Translations under genes and position numbers: made by a program
Assembly: GCA_951406725.2 (NCBI GenBank)
Contig: OX597832.1
Location: 18,290,001 to 18,354,000, forward strand
Length of the DNA stretch: 64,000 nt
Source: Octopus vulgaris
Taxonomy: Eukaryota
Direction of reading: 5' to 3'
Part shown: one piece after another, positions 13,516 to 28,064 of the stretch
Position numbering within the stretch: the stretch's first letter is position 1
Layout: the number at the start of each line of letters is the position of its first letter
Notes under the pieces: generated by a model
Database searches by the model: none
What the model was told of the DNA's origin: nothing
What the model saw: the letters and a program-made list of their open reading frames with translations, nothing else

Positions 13516-14581
13516 TCATTATTACTATTATTATAATTATTGTCGATAATAATATTAATGATAATAATTTTATGAATATTTTATTATAACGCTTAATATG
13601 TATTTATTATTATTATCATTATTTTAATCATCACTAGTAACGTTTTTTCACTGAATTTGCACATTCTCCTCTGTTATGTTTTTATGCAAAAATCTTTAAT
13701 TACCATAATTTAGAACACTGTTGTCATTCGATTTCAATTAGTTTGTTCGTTCGGTTTCAGTTCACTCATTCGAGGACCTTGCAGTGTATAGATAGGGTGG
13801 GAATGGATGAAAGAAAGAGAGGTGGAGAGATAAAATAATTAATTCAAAAACAAAAATACAAACACATGATAAAAACGATAACAATACTAAGTTATGCAAA
13901 GCATTAAAAAACAAAAAAACAAAGTGAAAAATAGAAACACACACACTCACACATACATCATGTTACACAAACACAAACACAAACACAAAATGACAATCCC
14001 ATAAACAAATATACACACACATGTATACACACACACTCAATCTTACATTATGAAACAAAAATATATATATGAACAATTAAACAAATGCTGTGATAAAATA
14101 TATTCCATTTTCATCTGTTGAAGAGCTTATCACGCCTTTCGTCGCTCCACAATGAAAATTATTGTATTTTGTTTCATTATATTTTGATAAACCTTTCTTA
14201 GTTTTCAGAGGAGCCTTCATTAATATTCTCCATGTTGAATAACACGTATCACGCATATTTCATTCTGTAATACTCCCCCTTATATCACATTCACAATTTC
14301 TTCCATGTCACACACAGACTCTGTCACTTTATCTTTCTCACAAACACACGCACGCGAATACACAAACATGCATACACAGATATACACACATGTACACACA
14401 CACATTCGCACACACATACACTTCTTTCTCTTTATTTGCGTGTCAATTCGGTTTATCCGTCTACATTTATGTCTGCATGTCCCTCTCTTTCTCTGTCTTC
14501 CTATCTTTTTCATTCTCTCTCTCTCTCTCCCTTTATATATATATATACATATATACATATATATATATACATGTATGTCTG

Positions 14582-14621
<40 letters not shown>

Positions 14622-16444
14622 CATATTTATATATTTATTTATATATGCATATATATATTTCTCTCTGTATCTATCTATCTGTCTGTCTATCCGTCGGTCT
14701 CTCTGCCAATCTATTATATCATAGAAAGGGAGGGTGGTAGATAGAGACACAGACAAAGATATTTTAGCTGTTACCATGTTAGCCGATGTTAAACATCTGC
14801 TAGCCATGTGAAAGGCTCATTTTGGGGATATGATCCAAAACTTACTATCGCTACGCATTGGTCATGAAAAATCAACGATGATTTTCGCAGAACAGCATTC
14901 CGAGAAGCTGTGAGACCTTCGGCTAAGTGCCTCACTTAGATAGAGGGAATTTAGAGTGATGGTACCTTCTTGATATGAGCTGTGCATGGTTTTTGTTCAG
15001 CTGAAAGTGATCCCGTTAGCATTGACAAAATGATGTTCTCTCATTTCCTTTTATGTTGTTGACTCTACGCACAGCTTACGTAGCCATCATTGTTCAGAAG
15101 AAGTGGAGAATGAACAAAGTTGGTGAAGGCCTCTGTGTGCAAACAACCAGAATGTTCTGCAGCTGTTTCGAGGAGGGAAGCACATCAGCTACGTTCATGT
15201 AACGTACGAAAGTAAACTTTGCAGGCTTTACGCTGATGTGTATACGTCAGCTATTACTAAATATTGAGTGAGATTTTCCAGGCGTGTAGGTCATGTTTTT
15301 TGCACGGATAGATACAGCGAAACTACCAGTAAACAACTTGGGAGACCTAAACCATTAACATTTTAGAGGGGGAAGAGTGAAAAGATATGCCTAACCACGC
15401 GTTAAGCTGTTTGCCAAGGGTAAGTAGTGGAGTAAATAGTCTATCAGAAGTAGGAAGCAAATCTGGCTGATCGGCCAGGTTATATGGAGTTCAAAGGGAT
15501 AATACTCTTGTGTGGCATGTTGCTGTGTGTTGAACAATTCTGACAAGGCAATAATCAATTACTCAATAAATGAAATTTTAAATTCATCCCTACACATATG
15601 TGGCGGTGAAATTGCGCATTCAGTAGGAACTCAGAACACAGCCTTACAGGGTTTGTTCCAAGTTCCTTCCTTCTTATATTAAATGCCACAGTAATTAACA
15701 TTCAATTGAGGCAGGTAATTAATTACCATTCCTGGATTATATTATTCTTTCTATTTTTCTCTCTTCTCTCTCTCTCTCTCTATTTGTCTCTCTTTGAAAT
15801 AAATTACGTGTAGTCAGATCTAAGGCGATATCGGTTACTCCAATTGTAAATGACCAAGACACGATGTATATCATGATTCTCCCCCTTCGATGGCTGCAAA
15901 ATTATTATTATAAGACGCATGCACAAAAATATGCATACATATATATCATATGCAACGATACAGACATTTAAACAAATAGATACACATATGTGTATATATG
16001 CACAACTAAACAAGGTGTAAAATCAATTCATGCAGCTTTTCAATATCGCAAAGTTAAAGAGTAGCTTTTATATAACAGCATTTTTTAAAATAGTAAAGTA
16101 TGAAGAAAGGCTTCACGCAAACACTCAATAATGGATGAATTATTTAAACTTTCAAAACCACTGGACGATCGGAGCTTGATAAAAAAAATGTGGTCGATAT
16201 TTTGCTTACCATTAGCTTGAGAACTGAAGCAATATAGAGAGGACGTGTCAATTCGCCTCATTTCAGGATCATTAAATATTATTAGAAATTTAAAGTTTGT
16301 TCTAATTAAATCCAATTAATTAGGGATATATATGTTCAATAAGAGACAAACATATTTTCAACTTTTATGCTGCTGCCAAAATATCTATAGTCAATGTATA
16401 TATGCTGTCAAAATATCTATTATCTGCTAGATAATATATATTAT

Positions 16445-16650
16445 CTAGCAGATTCGCTAGCACAGGGGACAAAATACTTGTAACAGTTTGTCCTGCTTTA
16501 TACTCTAATGTAAAATCCCATCGAAGTTGACCTTGCTTTTCAGCATTCTGAAGTCAATAAAATAAGACCTTAAGTACTGGGTTGCATGAAGTCGACTAAC
16601 TCCTTCTCTCCTCATATGTTTGCCATGTGCCAAAATTTTGAAACTATCTT
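16445..16650 (+). mobile_element. Old diverged SINE A/A' copy
   Basis: CTAGCAGATTCGCTAGCAC head, GAAGTTGACCTTGCTTTTCAGC...GTCAATAAAATAAG central-domain remnant. Confidence 0.6.
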
Positions 16651-17564
16651 CTCTGGATTATAAAACATGATTATATTTTCAAATGTACTTTATATGTAAT
16701 ATTCATCCTTGAAATATGCCGTTCGTTTCTATACTAACATACACTACAAGGATAGAAGTTCCACAACTTCAAAATTGATAATGTATATATAGCATCTATC
16801 ACAGGAACTGATGGTTCAATGAAATTTTCAAAGCGAAAATTATAAGCAAATATATCTGTTTTATGGGATTGAGACACAAGACAGACATAATGTGCAGTCG
16901 ACAACTTCAGTAATACGATTTATGTTAACCTTGCATTTAGAATTAATGGATCAGAAAATAAAATTTCTCAACTAGTTCGAACAGACTTTTAGATTTAAAC
17001 TTCTAATCCTTGACGCATTTGTATGTCATAAAGCGATTTAGTATTTGAATAAAATAACAGCGATTTAGTAACTAAATAAAATATCTGCATTTGAATTGTA
17101 TTCAGCAAATTATAAGATGACGGTGAACATAACCAAGATATTTATAAAATTCAAATTGCGAATTCACATATTATTGACAATTAATGTTCAGTGAGTGAAT
17201 GCAAGAATTAAAGAGAAGAAATAGCACCCATATTTCGGAAATAGGAGCCCACTTTTTGTCAAACCCAAAAAATGGAAAAATTTGCATGGTAATGAATATG
17301 ATAGATAAACGAATCTATATATTAATTGTTGTAATATATACAACAATACTTCAACATAGCATGTTTCTATGCGTGCGGTGAGAAAGAAAGATATTTTTGT
17401 AATCAAGATATGTGAAATGCATACGTGTTAGCGCGCACGTATATATATATATTTATATACACATAAGGGATAGACAGCTAGATACATACATCCACACACA
17501 CACAGACAAACATATATATAAATATATATGTGTGTGTGAGTGGATGTATGTATCTAGCTATGGC

Positions 17565-17740
17565 AGATCGTTAGCCACTACACACATTTTTTCTCCCCTT
17601 GTTTTTTCTATGTCCCTTACTGTAGAAGAGCGCAGGCTCGAAACGTAAAATACTTTTCTAATCCCGAGCGTTATACTAATACATCTGTTTTTTTGTACAC
17701 CACCTGTCTTCGTGTTTTGTTTTTTTCGTAAACTGTCCCT
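17565..17740 (+). mobile_element. ~180-bp non-coding element with HHR-like motif (family H1)
   Basis: CTGTAGA-A-GAGC-GCAG-GCTC-GAAAC-GTA at 17620-17647; homologous (reverse complement) to 19219-19408 and 48376-48522; abuts (TA)n. Confidence 0.8.
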
Positions 17741-18175
17741 ATATATATATATATATAAATAATCACTGTAATCCAACTTTTATTCGCAGGCGCACATACA
17801 CACATAGAGTGAGGAATGGAGTGAGACAAGAAAAGGGACAGACAGACAGAAGGAACGGATGGACATACCACGTTATACTTCTTCGTTCTTTCCGTATACT
17901 TCAGTCTCTTTTGCTCCCTCTCTCCCAATCTCTCTCTTTCTCTCTCACTCGTTCTCTCCCTCGTTCCCCCTCTCTTTGTAAATATGTATAAATAATATAT
18001 ACTGCAAAACATATATACGTATATATGCGTGTCTGTGTATGCATATATATAGCTATGCATCTATCCATACATCCATTTTTCAATATGTATATATATGTAT
18101 GCATATATGCATACATATGTGTATAAATATATAGACATTTATGTATATATGTGTGTATGTATAAATATCTATCTA

Positions 18176-18216
<41 letters not shown>

Positions 18217-18257
18217 ACGTATATACATAAATTCATATATACATATATATACATATG

Positions 18258-18308
<51 letters not shown>

Positions 18309-18905
18309 ACATACATATATATATGTATATACATGTGTGTGTGTATATGTATATATGTATGTATGTATACAAAAAGCTTGTGCGCTTATGTGTTATTCAG
18401 AGTGTGTTTATATTTCCGTTAGCGCTCGGGTATAAGTGTGTTTGTACGCGTAAATACCAGGGAACATATGCGTGTGATTGCAAACCAAATCGATTGTTGT
18501 GCAGTGTACACATCCAGTATGTTGCTATCCACTAAAAAAAAAAAAAATACAATCGGATCCAATGGCGCGCTATAAAGCGCACGTGAGTGTGTGCTGGGGT
18601 CAAAAAATAATACAAGAAAACAAAAAAAATAAAATAAAAGAACTATTTATTATAAATACAAAATGCAAAAGAGCTCTTAGAAGCAAATGCATTAAAGCAG
18701 CCTAATGTGAAACAACGGAAATTGTCTTGAAGTGTTATCGACGTAGATTTTCATGGAGAAGAGCCAGGCAGAAAGTTAATGCATTAACATATTTGTCCTT
18801 AGACACACAGACAGATAACACCAATTATGAACACACAGATCATCTCACACAACTTTAGATAAGTGCGTGGATGATGCATATATACACATATATATATATA
18901 AATAC

Positions 18906-18982
<77 letters not shown>

Positions 18983-18989
18983 GAGACTG

Positions 18990-19195
<206 letters not shown>

Positions 19196-19218
19196 GTGTG
19201 TGTATGTATGTATATATA

Positions 19219-19408
19219 AAGGGAAAGTTTACGAAAATAAACAAAAGACGAAGGGAGGTGGAGTACAAACAAACAAATGTATTAGTATAGCGCTCAGTAT
19301 AGCGTCTTTTACGTTTAGAGCCTACGCTCTTCGACAGAAAGATACACAGAAAAAAAGCAAGGAGAGAAACAAGTAGAGAAGAAAAATGCGTGTAGGAGCA
19401 AACGATCT
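19219..19408 (-). mobile_element. Family H1 element with HHR-like motif
   Basis: Minus strand 19342-19305: TCTTT-CTGTCGA-A-GAGC-GTAG-GCTC-TAAAC-GTA-AAAGA (stem I TCTTT/AAAGA); flanked by TA-rich tracts. Confidence 0.8.
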
Positions 19409-19759
19409 ATATATATATATATATACGAAAAATGCCTGGAAGATATGTGGCCCTCAGTGATACATGTACAGAAAGGTAAATAAAATGGGACGGTAGCTGA
19501 TATATGCAACAGTTAGCAGACACCCGGAGCAATGGTTACTACAAGTTGCGCGTCCCAGACTTTTGTACGGATTCCCAATTACATGGGTAAAATTTTGACT
19601 CCAGTTCGAATCAACAACTTGCGGGATCACCGTAATCCGACGAGGATTTCAGCCATTCTGGAGGAGCATGAAGAGATTGTGGAGGTGAAGTACACCCCAC
19701 AACTCAAGAGGACTGGAATCCTCATAAAATTCCAGACGTTAGCCGATAACGGCTACTGA

Positions 19760-21421
19760 AATACGAGAGAGGATGAGCGACTGGAAAACTCAGAAATCAC
19801 GTGGGTTTGATGGTCTCTGTATGTATACATGCGAGATTTGTTTGGCGATCTCTTGGCAGATGTTGACCGAAACTGGCAACAGAACGGGAGAATTCCTAGT
19901 GTTGTTAGTCGGGGTGTTGTGACATTGCTGAAGAAGGATGACACAATGAAGACATAGTAAGGAGTTTTGGGACCATAACTCTGCTAAATACAGGTTTCAA
20001 GATTTTTAGACAAGATGTTAGCTAAAAGGTTGTCGACGGCCGTTAGTATTTTAGTAGCGGAAGCAATCCTGACCGGGTCTATCCACAACAACCACCACCT
20101 TATGCAATACATTATAGAGAGGGCTTGGACGAAAGCTGGCTTCAATGGAGCCCTGATAAATTTGGATCAATCGAAAGCATTCAATAGAGTCAAACATCGC
20201 TACTTGGAAGCCGTCCTTAAATCAGCTGGTTTCGGACAAGTTTTCAGGGACTGAGTTGCTGCAATACACAGTGGCGACTTCACGGTGGTCAATGTAAATA
20301 GCCATCTATCGGAACCGTTTAGCATCGCAAACTCGGTCCGCTCTCACCTCTTCTGTACGTGATGGTTCTCGAGCTCTGCTGCGTAAGCTGGAACACTTGA
20401 GGGGCATCCCTTTCGAAATTTCGAAATCGGACTCAAAAGTTCAGTGTTTGCATAGACGGACGACGTCACCGTCATAGTCTGGGACGCCTGCAAAAAGAAA
20501 AAAAATATCAGCCGCTCATGTTCTTGCGGAAGGGACTCGTTCTAATGATCACGTGGTCAGTTCACTGCCAGATCCCTCTGATTAACAGTTTAGGCATGCC
20601 GTGGATTTTGATGCTCAGATAAGCGCTAAGGTTGCGCCACTTGTAACGATTACTAGATGGTGAACATGCATGGGCCTCCTCAGTGAGGCACGTATTTCTG
20701 CAATCCTGGGTGAAGGACAAACCAAGACAGGACGTCTGGCACCAAGAATATCGTCTGGCGCACACTGTCCTCTACCAATCAGGAAATAGGATCGATGGAA
20801 TTTCCACTTCAGATCTTTATAGAGGATTAGCGGCGGAAAATGCGACGATATCCTAATAGAGAATCTTGTTGTTGACCAAGATAAACTGTTTAGTTTGTTC
20901 CGGAGGTCATTTGGGTCTGGGATTATTAGGGATAATTTCCAGATACATTTCTTTTGGCAGTGCAACTGGGGGGGGGGGGGTGTAAACTTTCGCGATAAAC
21001 TCTACAGGCACGAATGAGCTGTCAGAGGGGTTTTCCGAGGTGCGCGCAAAGCGACGAACCTGTTCTGCATACACTTGTTCAGTGACCGGGCATTGCTGAC
21101 TTGTGGAATTATGTGGAACAGCATGCTGTCACTTGTGGTAGGGATCTGTCTGTCATCCGAGTCTGTAGTGATGCTTTCCCCACCGCCCTCCTTTAATCGG
21201 GCAGGCAAGGCAGTTTTCCTTAGTCTGGAGGTTGTGGCGAAAGAGGTTGTCTGGTGTACTACGCCGAGAAGAATGAAGACATCTTTGATAAAGCCCTCAT
21301 AGACCTTTTCAAGATTAACTCGAAATGGCAAATGAGTGTGGCGAGGGAGGTGGTCTCTTCGAGTGATTTTATGTCTTCGTATTGTTCCCATCACCTTTCA
21401 CCCTGGTGGCAAATAAAAGGA

Positions 21422-21422
<1 letters not shown>
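19760..21422 (+). mobile_element. Degenerate Tx1/L1-clade LINE ORF2 (RT to 3' end)
   Basis: WQQNGRIPSVVSRGVVTLLKK, ITLLNTGFKIF, LAKRL, GALINLDQSKAFNRVKHRYLEAVLKSAGFG, DDVTV; downstream homologous to the 58348-59786 element (CQIPL..SLGMPW, LRLRHL, FRDKLYRH, PPPSFNR.GKAVF). Many lesions. Confidence 0.88.
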
Positions 21423-21514
<92 letters not shown>

Positions 21515-21520
21515 ATTTCT

Positions 21521-22235
21521 GAGGCGGAGAGCTGGCAGAATAGTTAGCACACAGGGCATTTATTCCGTTTTCACGTGCTGAGTTCAAACTCCACCGAGGC
21601 CGACATTGCCTTTCATCCGTTCGAGGTCAATACATTAACAACCAGTTGCGCATTTGGGTTGATATAATCGACTAGCACCCCCCCCACTCAAATTTCACGC
21701 CTTGTGCCTGTATTAAAAGCAATTATTATTACTGTTGCTGCTGCTGTGGTGCTGACAGCATCATTAGCACACTGCGAAAAATTCCTTAGCGGTATTCAGT
21801 CAGTCTTTACGTTCTGAGTTCAAACTCCACCGGGGTCAACATTGCCTTATCATTCATTCGGGCTTGATAAAATAAGTACCAGTTGGTACTGAAGACGATG
21901 TACTATGACTGACATCCTGTTCACACCCTGGCCTGGTGCTAAACATTGAAATCCTTATCATCATCATCATCATAATCAGCATCATCATCATCATCATTAT
22001 TATTATTGTTATTATTTCTGAGGCAGCGAGCTGGCAGAAACGTTAGCACGCCGAGTGAAATGCTTAGCGATATTACGTCTGTCTTTACGTTCTGAGTTCA
22101 AATTCCACCGTAATCGACTTCGCCTGTCCTCTTTCCGGTGCCGATAAAATAAGTACCTGCTGCGTCCTGGAGTTAATGATGTAGTCGACCCATTCCCTTC
22201 CCCATCTTGTTGGCCTTATGCTAAAATTTGAAATC
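21521..22235 (+). mobile_element. Cluster of three SINE A' copies (~21521-21725, ~21750-21955, ~22020-22235) separated by trinucleotide repeats
   Basis: Each has GAGTTCAAA(C/T)TCCACCG, the central domain with (TAA)GTACC/ACCAG and a GGCCTTGTGC-like tail; same orientation. Confidence 0.8.
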
Positions 22236-22970
<735 letters not shown>

Positions 22971-23927
22971 GGCGCAAAAAAAGTGCAACAGAAAAGAATA
23001 AGAAAATATTTGCTGTACAAAATGATGGAAATAATGAATGATTTCATAAAACAATCAAGAAAAATGATATAACGATTAAACAATACTTAACTAAAGAAAT
23101 AGTAAAAAAGTAAAACAGCTAAAGCAGAAAGCCTCTTTCTCTATGACTGTTTCTTCTCTCCATCTCTCTCTCTCACTCTCATTTCGCTCTGTCTCCCTCT
23201 TGTATATCCTCTCTATTTTTTCCTCTGTATTAGACACTAGTGTTTCTCTTCAATGCTCTCATTCATGTAGACACATGCTAACAGAGTGACCAGGGGAAAA
23301 AAAAGATATTATAAAAGGCAATATAGAAAGACGTAAAAAACAAGAATGTCGCTAAACAGTGATTCACAAAGACGGTGATGAGGGATTATAGTTATAAAGC
23401 GATATAAACAAGAGAAAATTGTGAAGCGGGAAGTGAAGTCTAACATTATGGTTGATGGACGAATAAATAAATAAATAAACAATTAAATAAATATGTAAAA
23501 AAACAAAAACAAAGAGTAAATAAATAAAGGTTATAAATGATAAATAAAATATAAAACTAAGATAAGAAGTAAGAAATAAAAGACGATCAACAAAGTGTAT
23601 TCTTCGTTCCGTTTGAATGGTTAATGACAAAGGAGGGTGTCTTAGTCTGCAAAGACACTCACTGTAAAACTCGAGAGGAAAAACACGTGAAGATGGGACG
23701 GATGTCAATGATGAGGATATGAGAGTTGGAGACAGAGAGAGAGAAACAGAGAAGAAAAGAAACAAAGAGGGAGAAGAAAGGGAGGGAGGGAAGTAAAACA
23801 GAGTCGGTGAGTAAATGAGCCGAATTGTAAGTGAAAGAAGGAAACTCTACATACTAGAGTAATGGCGGCCAAAGACAAAATAAAAGTGAAAAGACGTAGT
23901 GATATATATATATACATATATATATAC

Positions 23928-23977
<50 letters not shown>

Positions 23978-24194
23978 ATATATACTCATATATACCCATA
24001 TATACATACCTAAATATATGTATATATATATATATATATACACACATATATATATATATATATATAAGTACAGGCCCAAACACGCGCACATACACACACA
24101 CGCGCACACACACTTATGGTGTTCCAGCATGGCCACAGTTGAGTGACTGATGCAAGTGCAAGAGTTTATATATTTTTATACACATATATATCTA

Positions 24195-24307
<113 letters not shown>

Positions 24308-25132
24308 TTACAGATAATAGCATGTACAATATTGGGCTGTTTGAACTCTTTGATGGAAATATTGAAAGTTTGCCCATTCTACTCGAACCAATGTTTTTTT
24401 TTTCTTTAATATTGCATACTATCAACCATTTTACTAAAAGTTTCCTTCAAATTTCTTCATCCCTTTCGGAAGCATTTCATCAGACACAACAGTGTTACCT
24501 CATAAGAATGTAGAGACCCATAGGAGCGATGTATATAGCTTTACACTGCAAAAATATGATGGAAGAGATTGGCAGAATATTTTTGCCTCTATGGATATGA
24601 GGAAGTACGACATTCATAAAATAATAATAATTTAACTTTAAACAGAGTCACTCCTGGGCGTATATCTATATAATACTAAAAGTCTGTGATTGCCTGCTTC
24701 TGCGCATCTCTGTAATTTAATACTTCCAAACTGGCCTATAATTAGAAAATACTCTGTAAAAATATCTGGCCCCCCAGATATGGGAATACAAACAGAATAA
24801 AGCATGTTTCGCTTAAATCGGAACACAGATTATTGAAATACATTTTTTCTTGTGGCTTGTTTCTACCAATTTAGGCAGTGAAACCTGGAGTTATTGCCCT
24901 TTATTGTGACCAGCTGGAAAGTTCTGTTTGCGTGCTTCTGTGCGACATGCTTGTATGTAATTTAATTGAGTCAAATCGGCTCACAATGGGAAAATTGTTT
25001 GTAAGTTATGTGCCACTGAAATGTAAATACAAACGGAATGAAACAAGTTTCGCGTAGATTGGACTATTTCAGGTACCTCTATAAATAGCGAAACCGGCCC
25101 ATAATGGGAAAATACTCTTTTGTTTGGATTAA

Positions 25133-25179
<47 letters not shown>

Positions 25180-25180
<1 letters not shown>

Positions 25181-25396
25181 AATTTAATCCAAACAAGAAA
25201 ACACAAAAAAAAACAAAAAACACAACAACGCGAGGACGTGGAACAAATAAAGTATTATTGGACGCTCAGGAAAGAAGGGAAGAATGAGGGTTTAACGTTT
25301 CGAGCGGAGCACTTCGTCGGAAACATAGGAGAAGGAAAGATCCCGAGAAGGGAAGACAGAGGGAAAAAATCGCCAGCGGCACTCACGAGGTCACAT
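25180..25396 (-). mobile_element. ~215-bp non-coding element with HHR-like motif (family H2, related to H1)
   Basis: Minus strand 25324-25290: GTTT-CCGACGA-A-GTGC-TCC-GCTC-GAAAC-GTT-AAAC; shares layout (ACAAAT..GTATTA..CGCTCAGGA..ACGTTTCGAGC on +) with H1; between TA tracts. Confidence 0.75.
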
Positions 25397-27387
25397 ATAT
25401 ATAATATATATAATGAAGAAATCATTTATTAAATTCCATTATCTCTTTATCATTCCAAATGTTTAACTGTATGATTAAATCATATATGTTTTTCTTCCGT
25501 AATTGATCTGAATTATCATTACGCCATGATTGCTTGACCGATACTCATTTCACTACAACAAAATAGCTTATATGTGTATGTGTGCATTTTACACTCTTTC
25601 ACTTTGAGCTTCAAAGGTAATCATTTTCCTTCCCTGTTTTATATTCTCTTTTTAACAGACTGGTATTTGAAGTCTCTCTTAAGAGCAAGCCGTAATCGTT
25701 ACGTTTTCAATGTGTAACGTAGTTTGTATATATATAGTAGTATATGTCACAAATATTATATCGTTTATTATTTTTCCGGTTTAATGTTATATACAGATAC
25801 GTGAATAGCCCACCAGTAAATTTCTCTGATGATTATAGCTATATTGTTAAGTGGAAGTGGAATTTATCAAAGGTGAGGGTTAAAGTACAAAAATACTGAA
25901 GTAATAAATGGAACACAAGCTACAAAAGAAGGTTCAAATTGCTATGACTTTTCTCCTTAAATTAATACCAACTACGAAGTGTCTTCAAATATAGACTGTA
26001 TATGTATAGCATTCAATGAAATGAAAACCACTTATTTCCTAGTTAGGCCTTTGTACAAACGCCATCATTTGCTAAAATTTTTATCTCCGTTACATAAATT
26101 CAAACCCGTCGTTTGACAGAAATTACGGCATATTTTTATGCGCCTTCTCAGCAATTTTTTATCTATCTTAGTGGTTACTCGAGCATTTGTACATCAAGTT
26201 CTTTATCTAGCGTCTTTGAGACGTAATATTTAAATTTGGTCATTAGGTCATATTCTACGCGAAAGTACCATGTTGTAGTAATTCAGAAACAGTAAATGTC
26301 CTACCGGCAACGGTAGTAAATATTTTGCTATTATTTAAAATAAACGCGATCGATAAATTTGTTTCTGTATAGTTTGTATTGAATGAAAAAAAAAACAAGA
26401 ATTTTATATCAATTGTCACGTTTAGCTTTCATTATTTTTCCAACAATCGCTAAATCAAAATATGTCATGAGTAGTTCAACAAGTTCAATCCAAGCACAGT
26501 ACTGGATGCATTGTTCTACAAATTTGGTTCTACATGCTATCATCTTCCAAGTCGTTGTTATTGTAAATATGGAATATTTTGGCAGATTTGATGCCAATAA
26601 TAAACTAAGAAAAATCAGTGCAAGATTCGGAGTGTATCATTTTTTAAAAATAGATGAGGGTGTTTGAAACAAAAAGGAATTAGTTTTATCATTTGTAAAT
26701 CAAGTTAACTTTCCATGATTTCCGATAAACACTACCTGTAAGTGTTTCTGTTTTGAAAATAATGTAATGACATGTGATTCATTTTAAAATAAGCTGAGAG
26801 CCCTGATATTGACCATGAATATGGGAACATAGATTTTATTCGAACGGGATTGAGCTGATGTTATCATTTCTCGTTAGTGAACGACGGAATTCTGATGACA
26901 AGACTGACCGTTTAAAGATTGTTCGTAGTCATTTCCATTTAACAAGAAATATGAAATCAAATTTTGGATAGCCCACTGGATTCTGAATAATTCGGACACA
27001 TGACTATACTAATTATTATATCATTATTACAGACATTATAACTGAAGTGATGAACGGATTTGAGGGACAAAAATTTTGAATGAACATCAAATTGTTAAAT
27101 GATGAAGGCAATTTGTACAACAATTTACTGGTGGTCACTCATATTATGATCTAATTTACTCTACCTCATTCGTGGACTTTGATAAATTGCTTTGCTCTAA
27201 AGCATAAGCGAACTTTCAATATTTTACAATAGGACACACATTTAAATAACACGTTTATGTTACTCATAAAAGCATACCATATAAATACGAACTCAAAATT
27301 AGGCCAGAGTTCCTGGAATTCATCAGAGACTAAAATCATACTCCCTTTAACCTCTACTAAATTCCAGTATTCAATACGCGTAGTATG

Positions 27388-27603
27388 CTGTTATATCGCA
27401 CGTTCGGATGACCTCTACTCAACTCTGCATTTGGATTCGTATTATTCTACACACCTGCAAAAACTTTGTCATATTTGTATCTTCAAAAATTTCCCTTCCT
27501 TAAGGCTCTCTTGAATGTGTCGACGAATCTATCCGCTAACCCATTTGACCTTGGATGGTATGGCGGAGTTAAGTAGAGGTTATCCTAAGGTGCGATATAA
27601 CAG
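27388..27603. mobile_element. MITE-like element with 41-bp imperfect TIRs
   Basis: CTGTTATATCGCACGTTCGGATGACCTCTACTCAACTCTGC (27388-27428) vs reverse complement of 27563-27603, about 5 mismatches. Confidence 0.7.
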
Positions 27604-28001
27604 TGACGTCGAGGATTTCGTAGCACACACAGCCACTGTGCAGTATTGCGATATAACATATGCGGAGCAACACTAAATAAATCGTAACACTAGACTTGAA
27701 AAGAGCTTTCTACTAGCGTATCCTTGTATAGTTTCTGCTCTTATATGCTCATTCTTTCATCTGATGATACGCTGCGGCACAGTCGTGCGACGTCTTTGGG
27801 ATAGTATATAAGGTTATCAGAGAAGGAATGTTGCTAAAGGAGCTACCTTCCAAGTCTTATGGTGTTATTAGTCTCATGAGTACAACCTTGGCCGAGAGAT
27901 GCACTTCGACACCGGGTGGTTAAAAGATGCTGCTGCAATGATATGATACGACACTCAAAGGCATTTTGGATCGATATGCACGTATGTATATATGTATGTA
28001 T

Positions 28002-28064
<63 letters not shown>

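Noticed and set aside
14760-15580. Microsatellite-free, more GC-balanced stretch
   Set aside because: No long open frame and no motif I could assign; probably an old repeat, but unsupported.
27761-27800. CTGATGA hammerhead core
   Set aside because: No stem II closed by GAAA and no stem I partner.
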